A program made the position numbers and the translations under genes. 64,000 nucleotides of DNA, taken from the NCBI RefSeq assembly GCF_009914755.1, contig NC_060932.1. One strand, written 5' to 3'. The notes under the pieces were generated by a model. The model saw only the letters and a list, made by a program, of their open reading frames with translations, was not told the origin of the DNA and made no database searches. Shown here one piece after another: positions 47,100-64,000 of the stretch; the stretch's first letter is position 1, and each line of letters opens with the position of its first letter. The stretch is from the human T2T-CHM13v2.0 reference genome, Homo sapiens.

Positions 47100-47830
47100 A
47101 TAAAAATTAAATACTACTAAAAATGTTTAAAACAAATTAATTTTAATTTTAATAATAAATTATATTAATGACTTATTTTATTATATTAATAATATGTAAC
47201 ATAATATAATATATAATTAACAATATAAATGTTTATTATATTAACATATAATAAAATATAATGTATAATTGTCTCTATATTATATATTAGTGTAATCATT
47301 TAATTTTTACTTAATTAAATTAATTTCTTTAATTAATTAATTTTAATAATATTATTCAGTAATTTATTAATAGTGTTAAATAGCAAGGAAAATCTGGTGA
47401 ATGATTCTTGACTCATATATTAATAATGGCATTAGTATGATTGATCTTTAAATAATTAATACTTTCCTACAAACTTCAGTGTGGATTTGACATACAATAA
47501 TATAAATATTCAGAATAAAATATATTTATAAATTATATATTATAAAAATATGTATAAATATTCTGAATATCATATTCTGAATTATATTATTTTGCACACA
47601 CTGAAGTCCTTTAGGAAGGAGGAGGACATGGTATGCTGGGATGACCATCATTGCCCACATCCAGCAGCTATGTAGCCAGCACCAAGCCCATCACTTCTGG
47701 CCACAGCTGAAATCTCACAGGTTTTCAGGGTTTAATGTGACAACCCTAGTTTCTGAATATAAATATTATATTCTGAATATTTATATTCTGATTATTTAAT
47801 ATTTATATTTTATTTATATTTATACATGAG
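47100..47830. repeat. AT-rich low-complexity tract containing a 166-bp duplicated insert
   Basis: Nearly pure A/T with repeated TATTCTGAATAT units; insert at 47589-47754. Confidence 0.85.
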
Positions 47831-48843
47831 AGAATAGAAACTTCTCTCACTTATTTTATTTTAAACCTGCTTAGAAAGTAAACAAATAATGGCTTTACAT
47901 TAACTCACTATAATGAAAAGTCCCTCTTTCATTATCTTTCTTCTATAATAAATCTAATACAACATAACAAACATCATGTTGTCATTTACTTAGAGATAGA
48001 TGATAATTTTTGAAGGCAAGTCAGATGTACCAAGAGATTGATTATATGAAAGTTCTTAATAAAGACAATGATTCTAAGTATACTGTTTAATGTATTTTTA
48101 AAAGAAAATTTTCACATGATTTGACTGAAATTGAAAGGATTCATGTTTCAAGATGACTCTGCTACATCAAATATAAAAGGGAAGTTGTGAACACCATACC
48201 TAACTCTGATGTTTTCTAGTCCCTAAGACAGCATCAGACGCACAGTGATCACCGAGAAGAACTTGTGGATGAGTGAATGAATGATTTCCTCAGGAGTAGT
48301 ATCTTTGGCTCCACCTACTAAAATACTCAACATAGGGGTTTGTTTCTTATTCAGGCTCATTGTAGTTTGAGCTTTGATATATATGAAAAGAGAAATATCT
48401 TGAAAATTAGGAACAGCATTATTCTTTTCTTAATCGTGCCTGTGTAAAGTGAAAGATTTAAGTGAGTAAGTGCTTAGTGCTTTTTAGCATAATTTCTTCT
48501 TCCTAACAGTTGTGGAAAACTCTCTGACCCTGCTCTGAGACGTCACTAAAGCAGCTGTCATTTCCAGCTCCCTTGCAGAGGCTGATTGAGGAGGCATTGG
48601 TCCATGTTCCCCTTTGTGCAAGACACCACTTCTGGGGCTGAACACCATCTTGACTTCTGGAACACACACATGGTTACATTTTGTACACACTCAAGTCCTT
48701 TAGGAAGGTGGAGGACATGGCATGCTGGGATGACCATCATTGCCCACATCCAGCAGCTGCGTAGCCAGCACCAAGCCCATTACTTCTGGCCACAGCTGAA
48801 ACCTCAGATGTCTTCAGGGTTTAATGTGACAACCCTAGTTTCT
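47589..48843 (+). repeat. Dispersed direct repeat, 166 bp x2 (47589-47754 and 48678-48843)
   Basis: Manual ungapped alignment gives about 11 mismatches. Confidence 0.95.
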
Positions 48844-48923
48844 TTCCTTGGCCAGGGATTCAGTTCATGTCTCAACCCCATGTTGTAGTCCTTTTGTTCA
48901 TTACCCTTCAATTTCACCCTTAC

Positions 48924-49058
48924 TAAGGTGCCAGTAACCCCCAGTTTGCCTCGAGCAGTCCCAGGTTATGCCTACTCTCCAGATGTAATTGTTAATAGTG
49001 CCCCTTTTCAATTTTAATTTCTCATCCAGTTTGGATGACAAATTACATGGACATTCTG
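48924..49058. mobile_element. MER94-like hAT-Blackjack MITE
   Basis: CCCAGTTTGCCTCGAGCAGTCCCAGG...GTAATTGTTAATAGTGCCCCTTTTCA...CCAGTTTGGATGACAAATTACATGG. Confidence 0.6.
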
Positions 49059-49864
49059 CTCTAGTGAATACACATGACTCTAAGGACTTACATTTGACCA
49101 AATACGATCTATGTTTCAGTTTAAGGCACAAAATGATTATTTACAAAATTCCCCCTCTTTCTTTCTCCTTTTCCCACTGCTATAGGTACCCACAGCATTT
49201 TAGGCTTTGTCCTTTAATTTTACCTCCATTAGGCTGTTTTACCCTAAGCCCTGAGAACATCAATTTCTACCAACAGCCTTTGGTGAAACTATTAACGGAC
49301 TGTGTGTAGCTCTAACAATTACATTCTTAACTAGACATTTAGAAACTCAGGACTGGCATTTAATAAAATGTCATACGGCAAAGGCTAAGTTGTAAACAGT
49401 TGTGACAGATGCACCAGCCTGATTATTTTAAATGGATTTATGGAGAAACGAGATGACTCTTTTAAATGCTCTTTTATAGCAACTTATCCACAGTGTATGA
49501 CATCCAGTCTCTATTTAGTGCTATCTATCTGTCTGTATCATCATCATTTAATCTATGTATCTGCTTTAAGTGGGCCACACTTCTGAAAAAATAAAAAAAT
49601 CAGCAATGTTGGTTTTTAGAATCTGTGCTGCCTAGGAGATCACCTGAATTTCCACAAGGCTTTGATAGAATGCCTTAACCTAAATGGAATGGGTCCTTCA
49701 GTGAGAGCTCAAGGACTGTGGAAGTCAAGTGGGCAGAGGACAGAGGGGACTTTGGTGCTGTTACAATCACACTGCAGGCAAGTAGCTTCTTGCCTCAACA
49801 ATTCATTGGTTTGTTCCTAATCCTCATTATTAAATAGCTTCAAAACTGCACTTAATTTGATGCT

Positions 49865-49870
49865 TTTATT
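49865..49870 (-). terminator. FABP9 polyadenylation signal AATAAA
   Basis: First canonical AATAAA, about 110 nt after the stop codon. Confidence 0.75.
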
Positions 49871-49980
49871 AAGCAAATTTATATTGAGACATTTTTTAAA
49901 AATCACCAGCCCTGAGGCATATCTTCTTCAGGTACCAGTTCCTTGTCAGTGAACAAGTTTTCATTGCTGTGGACCTTTCT

Positions 49981-53121
<3,141 letters not shown>

Positions 53122-53199
53122 CATGGAACACTTGCTGAGAAGAGCCACTCGTAATTGAAAACCAAAGAAATATAGGCATTACGGTGCTGCCAGTAGTTT

Positions 53200-53250
53200 A
53201 ATTTAAAGAGCGTCTTCATCACGTGACTCTTCTGAAATGGCCAATGGGCA
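53200..53250 (-). promoter_or_regulatory. FABP9 core promoter (CCAAT box, AGTCAC/E-box, TATA-like CTTTAAAT)
   Basis: Minus strand reads CCCATTGG...AGAGTCACGTGA...CTTTAAAT about 80-130 bp upstream of the ATG. Confidence 0.7.
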
Positions 53251-54704
53251 ACAGCAGCAAGACTAAAGATTCTAGGCACCAGCATTTGACTCATTTTATT
53301 TACCTCCAAATTAAGAGACAGAAAATTAGCATGTAAAATTAAATTCTGGTCAATGATTTTAGCTTCTAGCAAAAAGATTTACACCCAAGTCACCTGACAA
53401 ATATTACTTGTGGAACGGAGACAATCTTCAATAGACATCAGCTTTTTGAACAATGAATACTGAGTCAACCCTGGAGGAATATCCTGACAAATTGATAAAC
53501 ACCTGGCTGAGATGTTTTCCTACCTAAGACAAGAAATCCTTGCTTGGTCCACCTCAGCTGTTTTTTGTTTGGGTAAGTCACAGTGCTCAAACATCCTCTT
53601 CATTAAAATAATATCTTCCCTTCCCTTCCTTACAGGGTTGATGGGTTGATATTAGTTAATGTAACTAAAATGCCTATAATTGCTTGGAGGGAAATGGAGG
53701 GTATTATTAATATATTATCATTGTTGTTAATCGAAGGTAATTGAGGACAGGAAAGAAAGGTGACAATTATCATTGGATAATAGTATATGATTTAAGCTCT
53801 GAAAAGGAAGCAGAGCGAATGCCTACAAAATTCGTCTTTCAGGCTTACAAAGTAAACTCTACATTAAAAGATATTTTAAATTATAAGAAAAAATTTTGGC
53901 AAGTTTCATATAGAAAAAGATGTTTGGAATCTGCATTCTAAAAGAAAGACAAAGGCAGCAAATGGTTTCAATCTCTGTGCCATTACTTCTGAAACCATCT
54001 TCTGCAACCCCAATAATGGAAGTGGACTTTGCAGGTACTGAGTTTAGTAAGAAGGAGTAGATTCAGTAGCTGTTGATTTACATTACGGTTTTGAACTCCA
54101 GTTAACTTTAGAAGATGTTGGAAAGTTAGTGTCAGGGACCAGAAGAAGAATATTTATATTTTTACCTGCTTTGTATGAAGTATTTATTTAATTCAGAAAA
54201 TATTGTTTGTGAACAAAATAAACAGGAGGTTGATATTTTGGTACTGTAAAACAATAACTTAAGTGGAATAAAGGATGGCTTTTGATGAAAACATATAAAG
54301 AAGAAACATATAATGTGATATCTTTATGGGTGGGACAATTATTAAATTATCTACAGTGCAAAACAGGGTAAGTGAAAATCCTGGAGTTAATTTCAGGAAA
54401 CTAAGACCCAAGCTCAAAATAAGTGCCTCAGCAGTTGAAAGTGCATTCAGAGGTGATGTTCAAATATAGAGCAAGTTGTTAAACGTTTGCTTAACTGGTT
54501 CGAGATGTGTATGCACTCTCTGCTTTAAAGAAAGCAAGCATACATTGCTATGCCTGTTGGCCAGCTGGGTAGTGTAGCAAAGGTCTCCCATCAGCATAAT
54601 CTTCCTTGTTGTTTTGATTCTCCTGTCATAGAATGATATTCCTGTGGTCCGTTTAGAACTCAGTTGGCCCATGAGACAAAAGCTAACATCAGATTTCTGG
54701 TTTC

Positions 54705-55001
54705 AATTATCCTCAGCAAACTAACGCAGGAAGAGAAAAACACCTCATGTTCTCACTTATAAGTGGGAGCTGAACAGTAAGAACACATGGACACAAGGAG
54801 GAGAACAATGCACACTGGAGCCTGTTGGGGCCAGGGCTATGGGGGGAGGGAGAGCATCAGGATAAATAGCTAATGCATGTGGGGCTTAATACCTACGTGA
54901 TGGGTTGATAGGTGCAGCAAACCACCATGGCACACATTTACTTATATAACAAACCTGTACGTTCTGCACATGTATCCCAGAACTTAAAATAAAATAAAAT
55001 A
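54705..55001 (+). mobile_element. 5'-truncated L1PA 3' end
   Basis: TTATCCTCAGCAAACTAAC...CCAGAACTTAAAATAAAAT; TSD AGATTTCTGGTTTC/AAAATTCTGGCTTC. Confidence 0.9.
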
Positions 55002-56917
55002 AAAATTCTGGCTTCTGTAAAATTCCCCACCCCTAGGAGAGAACCAAAGGGAGAGACAGTCTCTCTTTTGCCTCTACACATTTTTCTATCTCACGTGATA
55101 TTTACAAGTGCTGCATCCATTGTGTTACCTCCTCAAAGATGGGGCCAGAACTGAGGATAGCAGAGCAGAAACGTGGAAGGAACTGAAGGCCACTTTATTT
55201 CAAAAATTTATATTATGTTAGTTAATAAATTCCATTCTTATTTAAACAGTTTTGTCTCTGAGCTTTTGTTACTTGTAGAAGAAGTCTTCATAATTACTAC
55301 GCCTTTGTAAATAGCTTCACCAAATGGTGAATTTGGACCTTCACAACAACCAGTTGCATGAATCACATAGAGCTGGCCTCATGACAGCAGAGACCCATCT
55401 TCCTGAACCAACTCAAACATCTCTTTCCCTGTGACACTGGTTCAGAGCTAGATAATCCCCATGGCGTGAAGATAGAAATAAATGTTTAAGAGAAGTATAT
55501 TAGCTTATTTCATAGTACTGCAAAGAGCTATTTCCCAGCTGTCTCCTGAGCTATTCTATGAGTATATCAAAAAAAGAAAATATTTTCCACTCACTTCTGT
55601 ATCCTTAAGACAGTATCTGGCATATCATAAGTGTTCAATAAATGTTTTATGGATGAGTGACCAAAGAAATAAGTAGTATTTTTTTTAACTGGTAATTCTC
55701 ATTAGTGTTCTTTATCTCTCTAACAGTGACTAAAGACAGAGTTTTAGTACATTATCTTCTCCTGACCTGGTCCTATGACAGGCCTTTTATTCTGGTCATT
55801 ATCAGATGGTGGAGGGATGCTCAGACTCTCTTCATCTTTCTCAGTTATATAGCACAAGTCTCCCTTCTCAACTAAGAAAGTTCTCTGCTATTTCTGTTGC
55901 TACCACCGCTAGCCTTTGGCACTTTGGTTTGATTATATAAAAAAAGTGAACACCATTTCCTCAAGTAGAAAAAAAATTTTTAATCAGATTGTTCCTAATG
56001 TTAATCCTAGTAAAGGAACTAGAATACTGTAGTTTGTTATAGAATAGTTACATGTCTTGTTCTTATGACAGTTTCAAGGCTCATTTCTCCAATATGTCAT
56101 TTTTCTATGAACTTTCAGCATCTCATTTTCTATATTGATTTTCTTGTGACATTTTAAGACATCAAGTAGTTTTGAATAATTTTTAATTTTGAGATGCTAT
56201 GGTTGCCACTGATGATGGATACTGGTAAAGTTAAACATATACTGGAAGCTACACAAGTATTCAGAAATATGTCTGATAATTTATTGTTGCACATATAGTA
56301 CTTTAGCTGGATTTGATAAAGCATCTAAGATTCTTATTTCCACATGCAGTGACACCTCTAAGTATCATATTCCTTACTGTGTTCATCATTCAATTTCAAT
56401 TTTAAAGATGCAATAATATAATGACTTTTCAAAGTGTACATTTAATCTAGGACTCTGAAAAGTAATTATTTAAAATTTTTCTTTTTAAGACGATATTATA
56501 TTATCCAATAAGGAAAACAAGTATTTTGAAATTAACTTTGGTTAATAGTCTGAATGTGATATTTGTCATTGAAATAGTCTTCCATTTGCTAGTATTTTCT
56601 ACACTAGAGGAATTGATGTTATAATTTCAAGAGACTATTTGCTTAACATAAAAGATATATTTTTTTAAAACATCACTTTTTCCAATAATTTTTTTATATA
56701 TGGGGCTTATAAGAGAATTTTTACATTGTTTTTACTTCTGGATCACTTCACTTATAATAAAAATTTTACTTAAAACAACCATACCAAATTAACTCTGAGC
56801 AAGTAATTGTTTTAATATGACAACTTCCAGTTTATTTTTACTAGTTACAAAATAAGTCCATCTCTTATCTATTATTTACTGCTTAATAGGTATATATAAA
56901 AATAGCAATTTCTTTCT

Positions 56918-57473
56918 TTTGTTTTTGGTGAAGGTTATTTATTTGAAGTGCTCACTATTTAAGAGCATATGGAGGCGGCTGACCACCTTGAAAATTCACC
57001 TGTAGTAGGACTGTTCCTTTTTTTTTTTATTTTTAATTTTACGTTAAGTTCTGGGATACATGTGCAGAATGTGCAGGTTTGTTACATATGTATACATGTA
57101 CCATGGTGGTTTGCTGCACCTATCAACTGTCATCTAGGTTTTAAGCCCTGAATGCATTAGGTATTTGTCCTGATGCTCTCCCTCCCGTTGGCCCCCACCC
57201 CCTGACAGGCCTCAGTGTGTGATGTTCCCCTCCCTGTGTCCATGTGTTCTCATTGTTCAACTCCCACTTATGAGTGAGAACACGTGGTGTTAGGTTTTCT
57301 GTTCCTGTGTTAGTTTGCTGAGAATGATGGCTTCCAGCTTCATCCATGTCCTTGCAAAGGACATGAACTCATTCTTTTTTAAGGCTGCATAGTATTCCAT
57401 GGTGTATATGTGCCACATTTTCTTTATCCAGTCTATGATTGATGGGCATTTGGGTTAGTCCAAGTCTTCGCTA
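56918..57473 (-). mobile_element. 5'-truncated L1PA (about PA7/8) carrying a ~90-bp 3' transduction
   Basis: L1 at 57018-57473, unique segment at 56927-57017, second A-rich tail; perfect 20-bp TSD AAAAATAGCAATTTCTTTCT at 56898-56917 and 57474-57493. Confidence 0.9.
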
Positions 57474-60400
57474 AAAAATAGCAATTTCTTTCTAAGGAGT
57501 TATGCATATCATATTTATTAACATGTAAAGAATTTTTAGGCAAATTCATTTTTTGGCAATTGATATTTTCTCTTGTTTCATGCCACCTTCTTCCCCTAAC
57601 TTTATTCTATTTGGTTGAGGTTTTTTTTGGTTACCTTTTAAATTTGAAATAATTACAAAAACACTTCCCGAACAACACAGAAAACTCCCATATATACTCT
57701 TTGCCCAGATTTCACAATTGTCAACATTCCAACACTTTTGTCCCTACCTCTCTCTATCTCTCTCCCTCCCTCCCTCCCTCTCTCTCTTCATAAGAAGCAA
57801 GCTGTTTGTTGCTCAGTCATTGAGAGTAAGTTGAGAAATGTTGCCCCACTCCTCTCCAAACAAGGATCTCAATCAGGAAATCAACACTGATGGCAATACT
57901 GCTATCTAATCCACAGACCCCACTCAAACCTTACCAATTGTCCTGACAGTTTTTCCTTTTCCTACTAAAAAAAAGGGAAAAAACCCAGCCTTTCTGACCC
58001 AGAATCCTGTCCGTGATCATGCGTTGCTTTCAGCCATCATGTCTCTTTAGTCTCCTTCAATCAGGAACAGATCTTTAGTCATTCCTCATCTTTTAGTACT
58101 GGAGACACTGGGGAAAAAAATCACTGTTCTAAGCAAGAGGCTGGGTCATCTGCTGAAAACTGACAAGTAATTTTTACATGAAAACTGAGGTCAGTAATGC
58201 TTCAGACTTTGAAAGGAGTATATCTAAATCAGAAATTGTAGCCCTTTGATGGCTAGAGTGGGAATTAGGGAAGAGGGGATAGCCAGCTCATTACTTAACC
58301 TGATCCTGTGTTTCTAAAGAGGGAGTGACTGGCTTTTTGGACTATTCATATCTGCTTCAAGATATAGGTGGACTCTATGACCACACTGTGGGTTTTGGAG
58401 AGGTACTCACTTAATCCTGCCTCTCTTCCTTTCAGAGTACAGTGTCCTCTATGCCTTTATGTATGTATTGATAGAAACAATGTCAAAAAGTGGAAAATTA
58501 TATGAGCTTCACAGAGATCCCAGGCAAGATAAATGGGATAAATTGGGGAGCTGTTACTTGAAGATCTTTCTTGGATGTATCTATGGACTTAGTTTTATGG
58601 TGAAAATATAGGAACGTGAATTTGACTTATCTATCAAATTTATATTGAACTGGATCTTCTTATTCTATGATTCCACACCAATTGAAAAATAATAATTAGA
58701 CTTGAAGACTACATTTTCAAAAATGACTAAATTCACAAATATACCTACATAAACGGACTTTGTAAAGGATTAGCACAGAGGCAACATTAGGGATGAGGAA
58801 GGCTTGAGAAGAAGGGAGTGGGAAAAAATGAATTCTGCCCAGGAAGAAGCAGAATGTAAAGTACAAAACAAACAGAAACCTTGAGGCAAGAAAGAAGATG
58901 CATGTTGGTATGATGGAAGCAAGAAATGTGAAGAGAACAGAGACATGATAAAACTGGAGAGTTAGATTTAAAAAAGGCAAGGATAAGACAGCTTCCACAT
59001 GCCATGCTAACAGGATTGGACCTTTTCTGCCTACAATGAGAGTCACTAAAAGGTTTTAATCAGTGAATGTCCCAGTCAGATTTCCATTATCTAATCATTC
59101 ATAAAGTCTACAGGGCTTAGGAAAGACTGGAGGTAATAGAGACCTAAAGACAGAACTCTGAAGTAATTAAAGAAAAAAATTACAGTAATATGGGTGGTGG
59201 GAAGAAGAAAAGCAAACATAGTAAAGAAGTTTGAAGTTAATATAATCAATATTTTAAAAAATAAAGTAAATGTTATGGAGTGAGGAAGGAGGATTATTCG
59301 AGAATGATTTTAAGAGTTTTGAAATGAAAAACAAGATGGAACATTCTGACGTTGCTGAGATGTGGAAAAGAGGATGAGGAACAAGTTTAAGGGAGAGGGT
59401 GGAAGGAATTGCTCATGATAAATTTGGGTTTAGGGGCCGGGGACATCCACTTGTACACCTTTAACTCTTTTTAACTCTCCCTTCTCCTTTGGTTATATAA
59501 TCACCTTTTTTTGGTGGGAGAGTTATTGTGGTAAAATACACAAAATATTTGCTATCTTAACCATTTTAAGCATGCATTTCAGTGGTGTTAAGTACATTCA
59601 TATTGTTGTGCAACCATCACCACCATCCATATCCAGAACTCTTTTCATCTTGCAAAACTGAAACTCTGTGCCTGTTAAATAGTAACTTTGTATTCCCCTT
59701 TTCCCACAGACCCTAGGAACCATGGTTCTATTAATACATTCTATCTGTGATTTTGACTACTCTAGGTACCTCATGTAAGTGAAATAATATAGTGTTTGCC
59801 CTTTCATCACTGGCTTATTTTACTTAGCATCATGTCCTCAAGGTTCATCTGTGTTGTAGCATATGTCAGAATTTCCTTCTTTTTAATACTGAGTAATAAT
59901 AATTCATTGCATCTATATACTACATTTTGCTTATCTATGCATCTGTCCATGGATGCTTGAGTTGCTTCCATGTTTTAGCTATTGTGAATAACTTGCTATA
60001 AACATGGGTGTACAAATATCTCTTTGAGACCCTGCTTTCAATTTTGGGGGTATACATCCAGATGTAGACTTGCTGGATCACATGGTAATTCTATTTTTAA
60101 TTTTTAAAGGAATTGTCATACTGTTTTTTACAGTGGCTTTACATTTCTACCAACAGTATGCAAGGGTTCCAATTTCTCTACATCCTTGCTAACACTTGTT
60201 ATTTTCCAGTTTTTGTTAATAGTCGTTATTCTGATAGGTGTGAGAAGGAATCTCATTGTGGTTTTGATTTGCATTTTCCTAATAATTAGTGATTCTGAGT
60301 GGAAAAAGCACAAACTATTTTTCCTCTGCTCTCATACTACAACAATCAACACTGAAAACTTCTGTGACCAAATATGTGGGGATTTCTCCCCACCAACAAG

Positions 60401-61277
60401 CTCGTAATAAATTCTACAGCAGACACCAGCTGAGTGTCCTCTAACTCAATTCAATTCTGACACAATCTCCCTGGAGGTAAAATCAATCTCACAAGACTGC
60501 CCCCAACTTCAGACACCAGTAGCAAGTCCAGGCCGCTGGAACTTCTGACCAACAGGCTTCAAGCTGGGGTTTCCATGACCGCCTCCTGGGGTTTGATTAA
60601 TTTACTAGAGCAGCTCACAGAACTCAAAGAAACACTATGTTTACTGGTTTATTATAAAGGATATTACAAAGGATACAGATGAAGAGATGCATAGGGTGAG
60701 GTATGGGGTCAGGGGCATGAAGCCTCCCCAGGTACTCCACCCTCCAGAAACCTCCTGTGTTCAGCTACTGGAAGCTCTCTGTAACCCATCTCTTCAGACT
60801 TTAAGCAGATGTCATCAGACAGTCATGATTGAAACACAGACAACAATGTAGAAATGTAATTGGACCAAAAAAGTATGATTATAATACAAAAGACTGAGTG
60901 AGGAAACCCAGCAAGGCCTACCTGTTTAGTTCTTCTTTGGTTCCCTGGAGCAGGACCCCTTTCTTGTAGTGTCTCTGCCTGGCCTTACTATCAGGATAAT
61001 GCTGGCCTACTAGAATGAATTAAAAACGGTTTCCTTCTCTTCAACATTTTGGAAAAATATGAGAAGGATTGGTGTCGTTCTTTAAATGTTTGGTAAAATT
61101 CACCTGTGACGCCAAGAGGTCCAGAGATTATCTTTGTTGTGAGATTTTTTATTATGATGACCTGCAATCAGACAAGGTAAGTCAGAGCATTTTTTCATGT
61201 CCAGCTCCAACACAGAGTGGTGGGGTTAGAGGAGAGTATATTTTTAGCTTTTATGACCTGCCTTGGGGAGAAAAAAA

Positions 61278-61938
61278 TGTTCCCGGACCAAACTGAAGGT
61301 TGAGCTGCCATTTCTCTTGGCCCCATAACAAGATGCAGAAGAAGTGGGGAGGAAGAAAGTTTTAATTTCTGTAACCAGTTACAGAGAGAAGGCCTGGAAA
61401 TTATTGCCAGACCAACTCAAAATAACAAAGTTTTCCAGAGCTTCTATACCTTCTAAGCTATATGTCTATGTGTAAATGTGCATTCATCTAAAGACATAAG
61501 TGATTAACTTCTTTTAATCTATAGCTAAGGTCTGAGTCCTGAAGACCTTCTTCTGGAGCCTCAGTAAGTTTACTGAATCTAAATGGATCTAGGTGCTGGG
61601 GTGATTACCTTTATCTTGCCTCCCGCTAAATCATAAAGGTTTGGGGAGTTCCTTTAGACACCAATAAACTTTTTTGTGGAGGCCTGGGGAGTTTCTTCAG
61701 ACCCCCAATAAAACTTGTTAAATCCTAAAAGGGTCCTATTAACAATTCCTTCATTATCTTGTCATGCTTCAAGGCCCAGGAAAAGACTAGGCAAAAACTC
61801 TTGGTGAGCTCTTTGTTACACTCCAGCCTTTGTATACGGGCACTGGCTCAATCATCTTTTAATGGTTAACCTTGTTACTCAGTCAGTGCTGGGACAGTTG
61901 TAGTGGAGGCCTGCATTAGTGAGACCTAGCCTGCCACA
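61278..61938 (-). mobile_element. ERV1 solo LTR (MER4/MER41/MER51 group) nested in MER21
   Basis: TG...CA termini (minus strand starts TGTGGCAGGCTAGGTCTCACTAATGCAGGCC); A-rich 4-bp TSD. Confidence 0.75.
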
Positions 61939-62169
61939 AAAGGAGCATATGAAAGGAGGGCAGGAGAAGGTCAGAGAGAGAGAGAGACAGAGATTCTGTT
62001 TTCTGAGGCCTGCTTCTGAGGCCAATATTGTAACAAAACGCTGTCCTTCATGTTTATTGCTCTGACACTTTCCTGAAGTTGCTTCAGGGATCAAAGACAG
62101 AAGGCTGAATACCTAGCTACTTATGAAATAACAAGGCTGTGGGAGTTCTGAGCCAAGAACCACGGACAA

Positions 62170-62172
62170 AAA

Positions 62173-62207
<35 letters not shown>

Positions 62208-62208
62208 A
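62170..62208. repeat. (TAAA)n microsatellite
   Basis: Read directly. Confidence 0.95.
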
Positions 62209-62244
62209 TATATCTTACCCTTCATATAGTCACAGGGATGTTGA

Positions 62245-62817
<573 letters not shown>

Positions 62818-63039
62818 TGCTCTGGGTATTAATCCCTTTTCAGAGATATGATTCACAAATATTTTCTCCAGGTCTACCTTTCCACACTGCTGATAGTGTC
62901 TTTTGATGTACAAAATGTTTAACTTTCATAAAGTACAACTTGACTATTTTTTCTTTTGTTGCCTGTCCCTTTTGTGTCATATTCAGGAAATCACTGCCAA
63001 ATCCAATGGAATGAATTTTTTGCTCTATGTTTTCTTCTT

Positions 63040-63382
63040 TGCTATGGTCTAAATGCTTGTGTGCCCCCAAAATTCGTATGTTGAAATGTTAACCTCCAAG
63101 TTGATGGTATTAGGAGGAAAAGCCTTTTGGAGTTGATTACATCATGAGAGTGAAACCCTCTTGATTGAGATTCAAGCCCTTATAAAAGAAACCCCAGAGA
63201 AGTAGCTTATTGCTTCCACCATGTGAGGACACAATGGGTAGGCAGTAAGTGGACCCTTCCCAGACATTGAATAACACTTTAATCTTAGACTTCCCAACTT
63301 CAAGAACTATGGTAAATAAATTTCTATTATGTATAGCTCCCTAGTTTGTATTGATTTATTATAGCCTAAATGGACTAAGGTA
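63040..63382 (+). mobile_element. MaLR LTR (MSTD/MLT1A-like)
   Basis: TGCTATGGTCTAAATGCTTGTGTGCCCCC...ATAGCCTAAATGGACTAAG. Confidence 0.85.
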
Positions 63383-64000
63383 GTCTTTGTGTCTACCTTT
63401 CTGCCAAGACTATACTATTTTGGTTATTATAGCTTGGAAATAAGTTTTGACAGCAGGGAGTCTGAGCCCTCCAAATACATTCTTTTTCAAGATCATTTTG
63501 GCCATTTGGGGGTCCTTGGAAATGTTATGAATATTAGTATGGATTTTTCTATTTCTGCAAAACATGTCATTGAAATTTTGAAAAGGATTACATTAAATCT
63601 GTAGATTGCTTTGGGTAGTATTAACATCTTACCAGTATTGAGTCTTCCAATTCATAATCATAGGATGTCTTTCCATTTATTTATGTCTTAATTTATTTCA
63701 GCAAAATTTTGCAGCTTTCATTGTACAAGTTTTTATCACATTGAATAATTCCCAAATATTTTATTATTTTCAATGATGTAAATGAAATTCTTTTCAAAAT
63801 TTCCTTTATATTGTTTATTGTTAGTGTATAGGATTACAACTGATTTTTATGTTAATTTTATACCTGAAACTTTGCTGAAATTATTTATTCTTCCTAACAG
63901 TATTTTGTGTGGAATCTTCAGGGTTTTTTACACGTAAGATCAGATCATATGTGGAGACAGTTTTACTTCTTTCTTTCCAGTTTGGATCCCCTTTATTTAT

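Larger units (their letters stand above)
60296..62215. mobile_element. MER21-type LTR with nested insertions
   Basis: CTTCTGTGACCAAATATGTGGGGATTTCTCCCCACC...CTAGAGCAGCTCACAGAACTCA...GGCTGTGGGAGTTCTGAGCCAAGAACC. Confidence 0.8.

Overview
This is hominid (human-like) genomic DNA from the FABP gene cluster. It holds two complete four-exon intracellular lipid-binding protein genes on the minus strand: PMP2 (myelin P2/FABP8, CDS 38984->34996) and FABP9 (testis FABP/PERF15, CDS 53121->49981). Both encode 132 aa and have identical 73/173/102/51-bp coding exons. The rest is mostly primate interspersed repeat: a full-length but inactivated L1PA2/3 (18809-24830) nested in an antisense full-length L1PB, an old L1MA carrying nested L1PA and THE1 insertions, an internally deleted two-LTR ERVL-type provirus, and Alus, MIRs, L2s, MaLR/ERV1 LTRs and DNA transposons. 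I found no support for a new gene system. The best second-look items are structural: an L1 3' transduction inside a perfect 20-bp TSD, an LTR-to-LTR conversion tract, a 166-bp templated duplication in an AT-rich patch, several small template-switch insertions, and a core-promoter motif layout shared by PMP2 and FABP9. Repeat subfamily names are from recall, not a database search. Repeat boundaries are approximate unless a TSD is quoted.
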